Shown here: one piece after another, positions 10,093 through 19,191 of the stretch
How the letters are laid out: the number at the start of each line of letters is the position of its first letter
How positions within the stretch are numbered: the first letter of the stretch is position 1
Assembly (NCBI GenBank): GCA_016867315.1
Contig: VGJV01000002.1
Span: 1-49,385 of the forward strand
DNA: 49,385 nucleotides
Reading direction: 5' to 3'
Source of the DNA: Candidatus Liptonbacteria bacterium
GTDB taxonomy: Bacteria; Patescibacteriota; Minisyncoccia; UBA6257; 2-01-FULL-56-20
Translations under genes and position numbers: made by a program
Notes under the pieces: generated by a model
Told to the model about the DNA's origin: nothing
What the model saw: the letters and a program-made list of their open reading frames with translations, nothing else
Databases searched by the model: none

Positions 10093-10785
10093 TTAATCAA
10101 CCTTCTCAAAAAGTGCCTTGCTTATCTCATCTATCCTCGATTTTGCTTGCACCATATCTTTCTCCCATGCAGAAAACTCTTGCTCCTCTCTCATCTTTGT
10201 CTCTCTTATCTTCTTCAAAAGACTGTCTACACTTTCAAGCTGGTTTTGCACCATGCTTAATGCTCTTCTTGCAGAGTGGAACTTATCTATTTTTACAAAA
10301 ACATCAGAGCTGCGACTCGAAGATGGATAAGGGGCTGGCTGAGATACAGGTTCAACTATAATTGGTCTAGGCTCTGGCACAGGTTCTGGCAAAGTTTCTT
10401 CCCTAGGTGGAGGCAATAATGAGGTATTCTTTACAGATGCTCTAGATGCAAGAATAGGAGAAGAGGCAAGGGGCGACTCGTCATCTACTTCTACTACCTT
10501 GAAAGACTTAGGTTCTTGAGCGACACCAACTATCTCTGCGTCCTTAACAGAATCATTTACAATAGCATCCTTAATTGCTGCTTGTGAGAAACCTTTCGTC
10601 ATAGGAGAATCAGGAAAGGAAGGAAGCCCATGCTTCTCTGTAGGAGAAGTGTCATCACTCTCTTCATTTTCAGGCATTCCAGGCATGGCTGATGGCGAAG
10701 CAGGCAGAGGAGTCTTTCCCTGTAAACCTGGCTTCATAGGAGGTAGATCCGGTAACTGCTTATCGTCTTTTTTACCCCAAAACAT
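10093..10785 (-). CDS. Hypothetical protein, Pro-rich N-terminus and C-terminal coiled coil
   Basis: LPDLPP and LPSFPD motifs; VFVKIDKF followed by a coiled coil. Confidence 0.75.
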   Translation of the reverse strand: MFWGKKDDKQLPDLPPMKPGLQGKTPLPASPSAMPGMPENEESDDTSPTEKHGLPSFPDSPMTKGFSQAAIKDAIVNDSVKDAEIVGVAQEPKSFKVVEVDDESPLASSPILASRASVKNTSLLPPPREETLPEPVPEPRPIIVEPVSQPAPYPSSSRSSDVFVKIDKFHSARRALSMVQNQLESVDSLLKKIRETKMREEQEFSAWEKDMVQAKSRIDEISKALFEKVD

Positions 10786-10878
10786 ACCAATAGGTTTTAA
10801 AATTAATTTATATAGCTTTATATTAATTATTTAATAGTAACACCTTTTCGAAACATTTTTAATCAAACTTTTTCAAGG

Positions 10879-11556
10879 ATGGATATGCAAATAGATCTTC
10901 TTAAAGATATTGTAGGTTCTGTCGCTGGAGAGAAGGCTAAATCTATAGTCGACCTCCTTCATCAGAAGAAGAATGTGAACGAATTTCTCGTGGCCAAGAA
11001 GCTGAAGCTTACTATAAATCAGACTAGGAACATCCTTTACAAGCTTGCTGACGAGGGGCTTGTAAGTTTTGTCAGGAAAAAAGACACGAAAAAAGGAGGC
11101 TGGTACACATATTTCTGGACACTCAACATAGAAAGGGGCCTGGCAAAATTCAAGGAGTACTTGCACAGTCTGATAAATTCTGAGAGACAACAAATACAAG
11201 TAAAGAAAACCGAGAAATTCTTCTTTTGCCCTAACTGCCAGATAGAGATGGGAGAGGAGCAAGCACTATCGATACAATATACCTGTCAGGAATGCGGAAA
11301 GACTTTTGAATTGAAGGACAACTCAAAGGAAATTATGGCTCTTGAGAAAGAGATTGTTAAGCAGGAGAAGATACTCAATGATTTAGATAAGGAGTTGGAC
11401 ATAATAAATACTCAGCAAAACAAGGCAAAGGCAAGAAAGCTCAAGGCAGAAGAAGTGAAAAAGAAAAAGGAGAGAGAAGAGAGGAAGAAGCAAAGAATTG
11501 GAGCGAAAAAGTTAAAGGAGAAGAAGAATAAGCCAAAAAAGCGGAGATCTAGTTAA
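10879..11556 (+). CDS. tfe: Transcription factor E (TFIIE-alpha homologue) with basic C-terminal extension
   Basis: wHTH (RNILYKL..GLV, GWYTYFW), CPNC..CQECG Zn ribbon. Confidence 0.9.
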   Translation: MDMQIDLLKDIVGSVAGEKAKSIVDLLHQKKNVNEFLVAKKLKLTINQTRNILYKLADEGLVSFVRKKDTKKGGWYTYFWTLNIERGLAKFKEYLHSLINSERQQIQVKKTEKFFFCPNCQIEMGEEQALSIQYTCQECGKTFELKDNSKEIMALEKEIVKQEKILNDLDKELDIINTQQNKAKARKLKAEEVKKKKEREERKKQRIGAKKLKEKKNKPKKRRSS

Positions 11557-11559
11557 ACC

Positions 11560-12393
11560 ATGCCTCGTTATCAGCATAGAAATAGATCCAGAAAAAGTTT
11601 GTACAATTTCAGGACCACAACTTGGTTGATAATTACTAATGTATTAATATTCTACATCCTATTCTACTTAGCACCAGAATCTTCAAGATATATCCTTCTT
11701 CAAGGAAAACAGATAATCCAAGGTGAAGCCCTATGGACTTTGCTCACAAGTATGTTCATGCATCAAGGCCTCTTACATCTTTTTGTGAACATGTTCTCGT
11801 TGTTCTTCTTAGGGAATTTCTGTGAACAGCTGATTGGCAAGAAGAGATTCATATGGTTATACCTTCTTGCAGGCCTTTTTGCCGGAATCTTTTTTGTACT
11901 AGGCACAATCATAGGATCAGGTATTCCATGGGGTCCAAGAGTTTTTGGAGACATCAACGCGATGGCAGCAGGAGCATCAGGTGCACTATTTGGACTTTTG
12001 GGGCTCTTGGCCATGTTGGTACCAAGATACAGAGTCTATCTTATCGTGGGTCCAATCATAGTATTTGTCTTACTTGCCATAATTGATACACTCCCACAAT
12101 CGCCGGCCATATTCATAATAAATATCTTACTCAACATAATCCTGTTCGCCATGATATTCTCATTATTTATGCCTTCCAAGAATCTCCGTAAATTTTCAAT
12201 ACCAGTAGCATTACCTATGTGGTTTGCCCCTGTTGTTGCAATAGTGCCTCTGATAGTCATCAGTTTTGCCATAGACCTGCCTATCGGGAATAGTGCCCAC
12301 TTGGGAGGCCTACTATTTGGATTGGCATATGGGACTTATCTAAGATTAAAGTACCCTCAAAAGATGCTGCTTCTCAAGAGGTTTTTCAGATGA
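11560..12393 (+). CDS. Rhomboid family intramembrane serine protease
   Basis: TSMFMH..HLFVNM, GASG catalytic Ser, AHLGG catalytic His. Confidence 0.92.
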   Translation: MPRYQHRNRSRKSLYNFRTTTWLIITNVLIFYILFYLAPESSRYILLQGKQIIQGEALWTLLTSMFMHQGLLHLFVNMFSLFFLGNFCEQLIGKKRFIWLYLLAGLFAGIFFVLGTIIGSGIPWGPRVFGDINAMAAGASGALFGLLGLLAMLVPRYRVYLIVGPIIVFVLLAIIDTLPQSPAIFIINILLNIILFAMIFSLFMPSKNLRKFSIPVALPMWFAPVVAIVPLIVISFAIDLPIGNSAHLGGLLFGLAYGTYLRLKYPQKMLLLKRFFR

Positions 12394-12980
12394 AGAAGAG
12401 GCGCAGTCTATTGTCAAGGCTCAAATCATGGGCAAGTGAAGGATTAGAATATTTGAAAGAAAGCAGGAGATACATTTACCTTTCAGCAGCATTATTTATT
12501 TTATTCATTGTTATTGGTTTTTGCTTTGCTGATAAGCTAACAATCTTGGACAGTGTGATTAAAGAGATGAGAGAGAGTGTTTCAGGTCTTGATGGAAAGG
12601 ACCTGACTCGCGCAATTTTTTTATCAAACATACGCGCAGCATTTTTCTCTCTCTTCCTCGGTATATTGATGGGCATATTCACAATATTCAACATAGCCCT
12701 CAATGGGACCTTGATAGGGTATGTTATAAACGCCCTGTGGATTGATTCCGGATTTACTCATTTATGGAAACTTCTACCACACGGAATATTTGAATTGCTT
12801 GCGTTGTTTATAGCATGGGGTCTAGGCATAAGGTTAGGAGCATTTATTTTCTCAAAGAATCCCGGAAAAGATTTGAAGAAGAGACTGATTGGATCAATAA
12901 AGGCATTTACATTTATAATAATCCCTTTGCTTTTCATAGCTGCAATAATTGAAGGTCTGCTCATTGCATTCATCGCATAA
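12390..12980 (+). CDS. SpoIIM-like (DUF95) membrane protein
   Basis: IF..N, NG..IG, LPHGIFEL and AAIIEG motifs. Confidence 0.85.
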   Translation: MKKRRSLLSRLKSWASEGLEYLKESRRYIYLSAALFILFIVIGFCFADKLTILDSVIKEMRESVSGLDGKDLTRAIFLSNIRAAFFSLFLGILMGIFTIFNIALNGTLIGYVINALWIDSGFTHLWKLLPHGIFELLALFIAWGLGIRLGAFIFSKNPGKDLKKRLIGSIKAFTFIIIPLLFIAAIIEGLLIAFIA

Positions 12981-13059
12981 CTCAGCCATTAAGAACTCTG
13001 TTCTTGAGGTTTCCTTACAAGTTCACAATATTTAAAACATCAAGAAATAACCAACTTAT

Positions 13060-13584
13060 ATGGATCTTACAAAAGAAAGCGTTGAAGAGATTGACGCAGA
13101 GCGAGACATGGAGAATACCAAAAAAGTCGAGGCCGCATTGTTCATCTCGGGCAGGTTCCTTTCATTACAAGAACTTGTGGCCTTAACAGATGTAAACCCT
13201 CTTCTTCTTAAGAAAATACTTGAGGATCTTGTAGACAAATATAAGAGTTCGGGTATATCCGTTATCCAGCAAGACAGTCTTTGGAAGATGGACGTCTCAG
13301 AAGAATATACTTGGATGGTCAATAAACTTGCCACAGGAAGTTCTGAATTCAGCAAGGCGGAGCAAGAGACTCTCGCCATAATTGCTTATAAGCAGCCAAT
13401 GAAGCAGTCTGTGCTTGTCAAGATTAGAGGCAACAAATGCTATGATCACATAAGAAAATTCACAGATATGGGTCTAATCAACAAGAAAAAAATGGGTCAC
13501 ACTGCAGAAATATCATTAAGCTCCAGTTTTTATGAGTATTTCCACCTTCCTCAAGGAGAAGAATTGCCAAGGCAGGGAGAGTGA
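13060..13584 (+). CDS. scpB: SMC-Scp complex subunit ScpB
   Basis: VEAALF, ETLAIIAYKQP, IRG motifs. Confidence 0.9.
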   Translation: MDLTKESVEEIDAERDMENTKKVEAALFISGRFLSLQELVALTDVNPLLLKKILEDLVDKYKSSGISVIQQDSLWKMDVSEEYTWMVNKLATGSSEFSKAEQETLAIIAYKQPMKQSVLVKIRGNKCYDHIRKFTDMGLINKKKMGHTAEISLSSSFYEYFHLPQGEELPRQGE

Positions 13585-14845
13585 GATCTTGAATTTCTAC
13601 CACATCCTTACATATATCTTGGTCTATTTGGGCCTTTTTGCTACTTCATTTTATTTACTAAGTCTTTTCTCTTATTATAGAAAACCTCGGAAGACTACTG
13701 ATAAAAAATTCTCAGTAAGTATAATCGTACCTGCGTTCAATGAAGAAAAAACAATATCTAAGACCCTCCAATCTTTGCTTGAACTAGACTATCCTAAAGA
13801 CAGAATGGAGATAATCGTTGTTGATGATGGTAGTACAGATAGCACATACTCGCAAGCAAAAAGATTTGAATCTAATATTGTCAGAGTAATTAGGAAAGAT
13901 AATGGTGGCAAAGGCTCTGCCTTAAATGCAGGCATAAAAGTCGCGAAAGGAGAACTTATTGCTTCCATGGATGCAGATAGTTTTGTCCAAAAAGACGCCC
14001 TTAAAAAAATGGTTGCTCTTTTCTATAATGATAGCGTCATGTCAGTAGCTCCATCCGTAGGAATAATCGAGCCAAAAGGCATACTGAGAAGAATACAGCA
14101 TATTGAGTATGCAATGGGAGTATTCCTCAGGAAATCATTCTCAACTCTCAATGCAATCCATGTCACTCCGGGAGCATTTTCACTCTATAGAAAAATATTT
14201 TTTGACAAATATGGCGGTTACGACGAGCATAATATTACAGAGGACCTTGAGATTGCCCTGCGTATCCAAAGCAAAGGATACGTTATCGAAAATGCAGAAG
14301 ATGCAGTAGCATATACCAGGGGCCCAAGATATTTTAGAGAGTTGATGATACAAAGAAGAAGATGGTATACTGGACTTGCAAGAAATCTCTGGAGATACAA
14401 GAGCTTATTCGGTCCATCAAGAGGTCCACTTGGGACATTGGTCCTTCCGGCAGCAGTGATAGCCATAGTTCTGCCGATGATATTGGTAATATATCAAGTA
14501 ATAAAGAACCTTGACGATATAAGGAGAAACATCATACTCTTGCAGTCTATAGATTTCAGATTCAAGGACCTTTGGGAATATAACAGTTATATCTTTGAAC
14601 AGATAATATTGTCATCATTAAGCTATCCCTTGTTCCTCATGAGTCTTCTTTTTCTGGCACTTCTTGCAGGATATCTTATATTCGCCAAGAGGATCACAGG
14701 TTTTAAGGAAAGATGGCAATTGAATTTTGTCTTGTTCTTCCTCCTGTATTATTTTCTTTTTGTGTTCTGGTGGATAGTATCTACAGCCTATCTTATATTT
14801 AACAAGAAAGTTATATGGAGGAAAGAGAAGCATGAAGCAGGATAA
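13581..14845 (+). CDS. GT2 membrane glycosyltransferase (processive, cellulose/hyaluronan synthase-like)
   Basis: PAFNEE, DDGS, DAD, TED, QRRRW; start probably GTG overlapping the scpB stop. Confidence 0.88.
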
Positions 14846-15479
14846 TTCAATTTATCTTAGAAGATACATCTATTCATTCTTTATAGCAACATTTCTTTTC
14901 ATCTTGGTATTCGCGATAGCTGACTCATTCACACATATAAGTTATGAGAGAAACGCCAGGGAAAGTGAAGTCATAAGATCGTACATAACAGACCTCAATG
15001 GATATTTTAAGGAGCAGAGTTGCAGTGACCAACTGATTTTTGATGCTTCATTAAAGCTAGATAATGTGGGAAACAGGATAGACTTACTTGAAAAAAGATT
15101 TGGAAAATCTGATCAAAGAGTAGTGACTCAGAAGAAGCAATATGCAGAATTGCAGCATACTCATTATCTCATAATCCAAAGACTGAACAAATATTGTGGA
15201 GCAAAATTTATCACGGTACTATATTTCTATACTCAGGCCAAAGAAGAGAGCGATGCAAATGAGCAGGCTTCTTTCATCTTGAACGCGTTCAAACAGGAGA
15301 GTCCTGAGAGAATAATGATATATGCATTTGACTCCAGTATAGGGTCGGGAATTGTAGGCAACCTTAAGACCTGGTACAACATTACTTCAACCCCTTCTGT
15401 CTTGGTGAATCAAGAAAATAAGATAGATAAATTGACCCATATTTCACAGCTAGACCCATTTTTAAAAGAAGTAAGATAA
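14832..15479 (+). CDS. Membrane-anchored protein with C-terminal thioredoxin-like fold
   Basis: N-terminal TM helix; LYFY...YNITSTPSVLVN; no CxxC. Confidence 0.65.
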   Translation: MKQDNSIYLRRYIYSFFIATFLFILVFAIADSFTHISYERNARESEVIRSYITDLNGYFKEQSCSDQLIFDASLKLDNVGNRIDLLEKRFGKSDQRVVTQKKQYAELQHTHYLIIQRLNKYCGAKFITVLYFYTQAKEESDANEQASFILNAFKQESPERIMIYAFDSSIGSGIVGNLKTWYNITSTPSVLVNQENKIDKLTHISQLDPFLKEVR

Positions 15480-15627
15480 ATTGTCGTTCTCAAGAAGTAT
15501 CACCTAGTTACCCTTTTAACAAGTCATCTTAGAATTGTTACTGCCTTAGATGACAAACTTGCAGAAAGATTTAAAAGCAGACCGCAGATGTAATATATAG
15601 GATACAATATAACCATTACAATATACC

Positions 15628-15903
15628 ATGGCAGAAATTCGAGATAATTTTGATATATTCTTTAGAAGAAAGCCAGCCTTGCTCCTAGTAGCATTAAAGA
15701 GGCTTGCAAGAGCAAGATATGGTAGTGTCCTTGCAAAAGAAGTTGATTGTACCTACAGCCACGCCGTCAAGATATTACAATCTCTCGAAAAACTAGGTCT
15801 AGTCATGTTTGAGAAGAAAGGCCGCATCAAGCTTATCAAGCTCACCAAAAAAGGCCAGGAAATCGCTGATAATATTGAGAATGTGAAACGCCTTGTTGGT
15901 TAA
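15628..15903 (+). CDS. Winged-helix DNA-binding protein (MarR-like)
   Basis: LAKEVDCTYSH, GLV, KKGR..LTKKG. Confidence 0.85.
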   Translation: MAEIRDNFDIFFRRKPALLLVALKRLARARYGSVLAKEVDCTYSHAVKILQSLEKLGLVMFEKKGRIKLIKLTKKGQEIADNIENVKRLVG

Positions 15904-15959
15904 TTAATTCTAAAATTAATTGGTTATATCTCTTTTTTAAACATCTATTCTTAAAAATC

Positions 15960-16180
15960 AAAAAAACGATGCGCCACTGCGGCTTAAACCTCGAGGATGT
16001 GAATCCTCGATGGCAGTCAGGAATCTTAGATTCCTGATGAGCCGCAGTTTGATGCAGGCGCTCGTTTCACCAAGAACATTGTTCTTGGATGCCATCAAGA
16101 ATAGAAGATTCTTGAGGTTTGGATGCTCAAGGAACAACTCCAGCTTAAAAGCTGGAGTTTTAGTCAAGTTCCTTGACATA
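15960..16180. repeat. Palindromic scaffold element, copy 3, with two double-hairpin modules in opposite orientations (15989-16039, 16068-16117)
   Basis: Homologous to copies 1 and 2; abuts the tRNA-Lys 3' end with a 3-nt gap. Confidence 0.92.
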
Positions 16181-16183
16181 AAA

Positions 16184-16405
16184 TGGCCTCGAGGGGATTT
16201 GAACCCCCGACACCTGGATTTCCTAAGAAACCTACGGTTCGTCAAGGACGAAGTCCTTGAGCACGCTCAGGAATCTTTGATTCCTGACGTCTTGTGGGTC
16301 AACTTCCCTCAAGAAAATGCCTTATGTCCCCGAGGAGGGTTCATAAGGGTAACGTAGTTCCCTTATTAAGAGTCCAGTACTCTGACCGGGCTGAGCTACG
16401 AGGCC
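16184..16405 (-). tRNA. tRNA-Lys(CUU) with a 147-nt intron at 37/38 (16220-16366)
   Basis: Acceptor GGCCTCG/CGAGGCC, D arm GCTC/GAGT, anticodon stem CTGGA/TCCAG with CT-CTT-A, T loop GGTTCAAATCC. Confidence 0.9.
16241..16289. repeat. Double-hairpin module, GCACG-linker subtype, inside the tRNA-Lys intron
   Basis: gtcaaggac-gaa-gtccttga gcacg c tcaggaatc-ttt-gattcctgac; same layout as 18493-18548. Confidence 0.8.
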
Positions 16406-16441
16406 ATAAAACACAAAGCAAGAGATGATTTAAAAAAGTAT

Positions 16442-16765
16442 CTAGAGTAATTTTATTCTATAATTATTAATGGCATTTCTGAAAAAATCTCTTACGGAGT
16501 GTTCAGAGGGAAAATCAAAATGACTGCATAATTTTGAAGGAGTACTGCCAATAAGAATATGATATAATAAAAAGCTATCGACATCAGGGTATTTTAATTG
16601 CAGATCTCTGGCAAAATCTCTTCTATTTTTATCAAATACCCTGTCCTCATCTGCACTAGCCAATTCTTCAAACTGAGTCCTAACATGATGCATCTCTAAA
16701 TTTTCCTGTGACGTCAGGCCTCTCGCCTCAAGTGCTATCCAATATCTTCCTATATCCCATTCCAC
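16442..16765 (-). CDS. Hypothetical protein
   Basis: 107-aa ORF with GTG start; no motif recognised. Confidence 0.55.
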   Translation of the reverse strand: MEWDIGRYWIALEARGLTSQENLEMHHVRTQFEELASADEDRVFDKNRRDFARDLQLKYPDVDSFLLYHILIGSTPSKLCSHFDFPSEHSVRDFFRNAINNYRIKLL

Positions 16766-16823
16766 AAATAAAGCGTCCAGGTCATCTATTTAAATCTTAG
16801 CTTTGTAATTTTTAAGATTAATA

Positions 16824-17132
16824 TCAACGATATTTTCTCCATGTATGCTTGCATTTTGTGCATTTATAGAACTTAGTCTCTGATTCATCACTTGATCTTG
16901 TCTGTGTGGTCCAGAAATAAGCCTTCTTGTTCTTACACTCTGGGCAGACCATATCAATCACCGGATAAGTATTATCTGCCTCTTCATTTATGACTGCCAC
17001 GGTTTCTTTCTTCATTATCTTTTCAGATGCTTCTATTTTTGGCTTTTTTTTACCTTTATGGCCACATGCTGCACATACTGCACGGTCATTAACTATCTCA
17101 ATAATACCGCCACATTTTTCGCAAAATTCCAT
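16824..17132 (-). CDS. tfs: Transcription elongation factor TFS
   Basis: FCEKCG N-terminal ribbon; CPEC...QTRSSDE..T.FYKCTKC.H.W. Confidence 0.93.
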   Translation of the reverse strand: MEFCEKCGGIIEIVNDRAVCAACGHKGKKKPKIEASEKIMKKETVAVINEEADNTYPVIDMVCPECKNKKAYFWTTQTRSSDESETKFYKCTKCKHTWRKYR

Positions 17133-17156
17133 CGCATTAATAGAGACTTACTTCTT

Positions 17157-17798
17157 TTAAAGCTTTGGTTGAGTCGATCCTCTACAGAAACCTCTCTCAT
17201 CAGCAGGTTTCATGAAGTCGAAGAATATCAATTTCACCCAGCCAAGATAAGGTATTCTTCCTACAGCCACTCCCTGTATTCTGCTTATGGATATATTTAT
17301 CTCATCAACTCCTGCTCTGTTGTTAGAGAATTCTGGATTAGCGACCAGCTGAAGATTGTTATTGTCTCCTTTTGTCTCTATTGGATCTGTACCTACGACT
17401 CTATGTATTATGGGGTAATATCTTGAAGCGGTTGGATGCGCATTGAACACTATGACATCTCCCTTATTATATTTCTTCCCACCAACAAGAAAAATTATGT
17501 CTCCTTTGTTAAGCCCGTTCACAAATCTATAAGATTTGAAATCTTCCTTAGAAACACCATATAATGAATAAAGGTCTCCATTGATTCCCCACCAATCATC
17601 TAGCACTTGTTCATGATACATAGAGCATGACTCAATTATGACTATAGGAAGTGATGTGCCTGTAACAAGTGAAAGAAGAGGAAATAATACAAATTTTATA
17701 ACAATTATTATCAAGACAAAAGAAACCATCCAAGATTTCCAGGAATCCTCTTTTAGAAACCTCCAGATCTTGATTCCATATTCTTTGAATCTATCCAT
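17157..17798 (-). CDS. Signal peptidase I (archaeal S26B/Sec11 type)
   Basis: TM helix, ESCSM catalytic Ser, GD, PIIHRV, TKGDNN, IPYLGW. Confidence 0.85.
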   Translation of the reverse strand: MDRFKEYGIKIWRFLKEDSWKSWMVSFVLIIIVIKFVLFPLLSLVTGTSLPIVIIESCSMYHEQVLDDWWGINGDLYSLYGVSKEDFKSYRFVNGLNKGDIIFLVGGKKYNKGDVIVFNAHPTASRYYPIIHRVVGTDPIETKGDNNNLQLVANPEFSNNRAGVDEINISISRIQGVAVGRIPYLGWVKLIFFDFMKPADERGFCRGSTQPKL

Positions 17799-17880
17799 TC
17801 AATAAAATCGTAAGAAGACTTTAAAAATACTCGGTAGTCGCAATCGCCACATTTTTATACACCAAAACATTAATAGTACT

Positions 17881-18459
17881 ATGGACTTTGATTCAGTTAT
17901 AGACAAGAGGCACTCTGTAAGAGCTTTCAAAAATAAGAAAGCAAGTTGGAAGCTCGTATTAGATGCAATTGATGCTGCAAATCAAGGGCCATTTGCAGAT
18001 AACATAAACCCGCTTAAGTTTCTGATAATCGAAGAGCAGTCTACAATTGACAAGGTCTCGGAGCTATCAGGACAACTATGGATAAATGAATCAAGTATTT
18101 TAGTCATAGTCTGTTCAGATGATACTCATCTTGAACACCTTCACGGCCAGCGTGGAAAGAGATATTCAAGGCAACAATCTGGGGCAGCCATAAATACCTT
18201 CATTCTAAAATTAACAGACCTAGGCCTCTCATCATGCTGGGTAGGGGCATTCACAGACGATCTAATAAAGCAACATCTCAAGATTCCAGGACATATTGAA
18301 ATAGAAGCAATCATCCCTATTGGTTATGAAAAGACAAAAAGCAACAAAAGAAGGAAAAGACCTTTGGAAAACACTCTCAATTGGGAATCCTGGGGTTCCA
18401 CAAAGCGCCCCTCATTATTCAACGAAGATGCTCCCGACCCAGATTTGATAGAGTCGTGA
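17881..18459 (+). CDS. Nitroreductase family protein
   Basis: RHSVRAF, GLSSCWVGAF, IIPIGY. Confidence 0.88.
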   Translation: MDFDSVIDKRHSVRAFKNKKASWKLVLDAIDAANQGPFADNINPLKFLIIEEQSTIDKVSELSGQLWINESSILVIVCSDDTHLEHLHGQRGKRYSRQQSGAAINTFILKLTDLGLSSCWVGAFTDDLIKQHLKIPGHIEIEAIIPIGYEKTKSNKRRKRPLENTLNWESWGSTKRPSLFNEDAPDPDLIES

Positions 18460-18463
18460 TCAC

Positions 18464-18618
18464 TCCTGCAGATGAAACTCAACTTTCATCCTGTCAAGAA
18501 CTTTGTTCTTGAGCACGATCAAGAATTGCGTTAAACCAATTCTTGACGCATCAGAGTTTTTGAAAAAAATTACTGATGGGATGATATTATTCCTGCAGAT
18601 GAAACTCAACTTTCATCC
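18464..18618. repeat. 28-bp direct repeat (18464-18491, 18591-18618) enclosing a hairpin cassette
   Basis: tcctgcagatgaaactcaactttcatcc occurs twice; double-hairpin module at 18493-18548 lies between. Confidence 0.9.
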
Positions 18619-18976
18619 CATCGGGATCCTTAGTGAATATGGCAGTTCCACCGTATCCATCATCAGTTATTCCATTATCTTCCATTTCTATTCCCATTTT
18701 ACGTAAGGTTCCCTCTATTTCATCCAAGTCTTCTCTGGTATCAATCTTAAAAGCCCAGTGATTTAGTCCTAGTTTCTCAGGATCAAAAGTCTCGTCTTTT
18801 CCAATTACCAATTGAGAATTCGCGAGCCATAGTGAAAACATTCCATCGGTCAAACCACAAACATCTTCCTCATCATGCATTACTTCCATCCCACATACAT
18901 CTCTGTAGAAATCACGTGATTTAGAAATATTCCGCACAATCAAAGTAATATGATGAACTCCAGTTGTTGTAACCAT
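18587..18976 (-). CDS. VOC/glyoxalase family protein
   Basis: HHITL.V, FY..V.G, H.AF, F.DPDG..VEF. Confidence 0.9.
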   Translation of the reverse strand: MVTTTGVHHITLIVRNISKSRDFYRDVCGMEVMHDEEDVCGLTDGMFSLWLANSQLVIGKDETFDPEKLGLNHWAFKIDTREDLDEIEGTLRKMGIEMEDNGITDDGYGGTAIFTKDPDGMKVEFHLQE

Positions 18977-19126
18977 AAGTAAAAATGAAAAAGAAGATAA
19001 TTAAACCTTTTTATTTTTTAATTAATACCTTAACAAAACTCTTCGAGTTTTAACCTCTACCTAAGGTAGAGGATTTCTACGAGCGTTAATAAAACCAAAA
19101 TTTTCAAATTGTTACATATAAATCAA

Positions 19127-19145
19127 GGAGCCTCTTTCGAGGCCC
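19127..19145 (-). terminator. Putative hairpin terminator downstream of ftsZ
   Basis: gcctc-tttc-gaggc stem; minus-strand T tract at 19154-19167. Confidence 0.35.
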
Positions 19146-19191
19146 CTCAAGAGAAAAATAAAAAAAAGGGAAGTTAATAAGAACTTTGTCT

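Noticed and set aside
15958-16357. ORFs 15958-16245 and 16010-16357, and similarly 4462-4695
   Set aside because: They run through the palindromic repeat and tRNA; the shared peptide reflects the DNA repeat.
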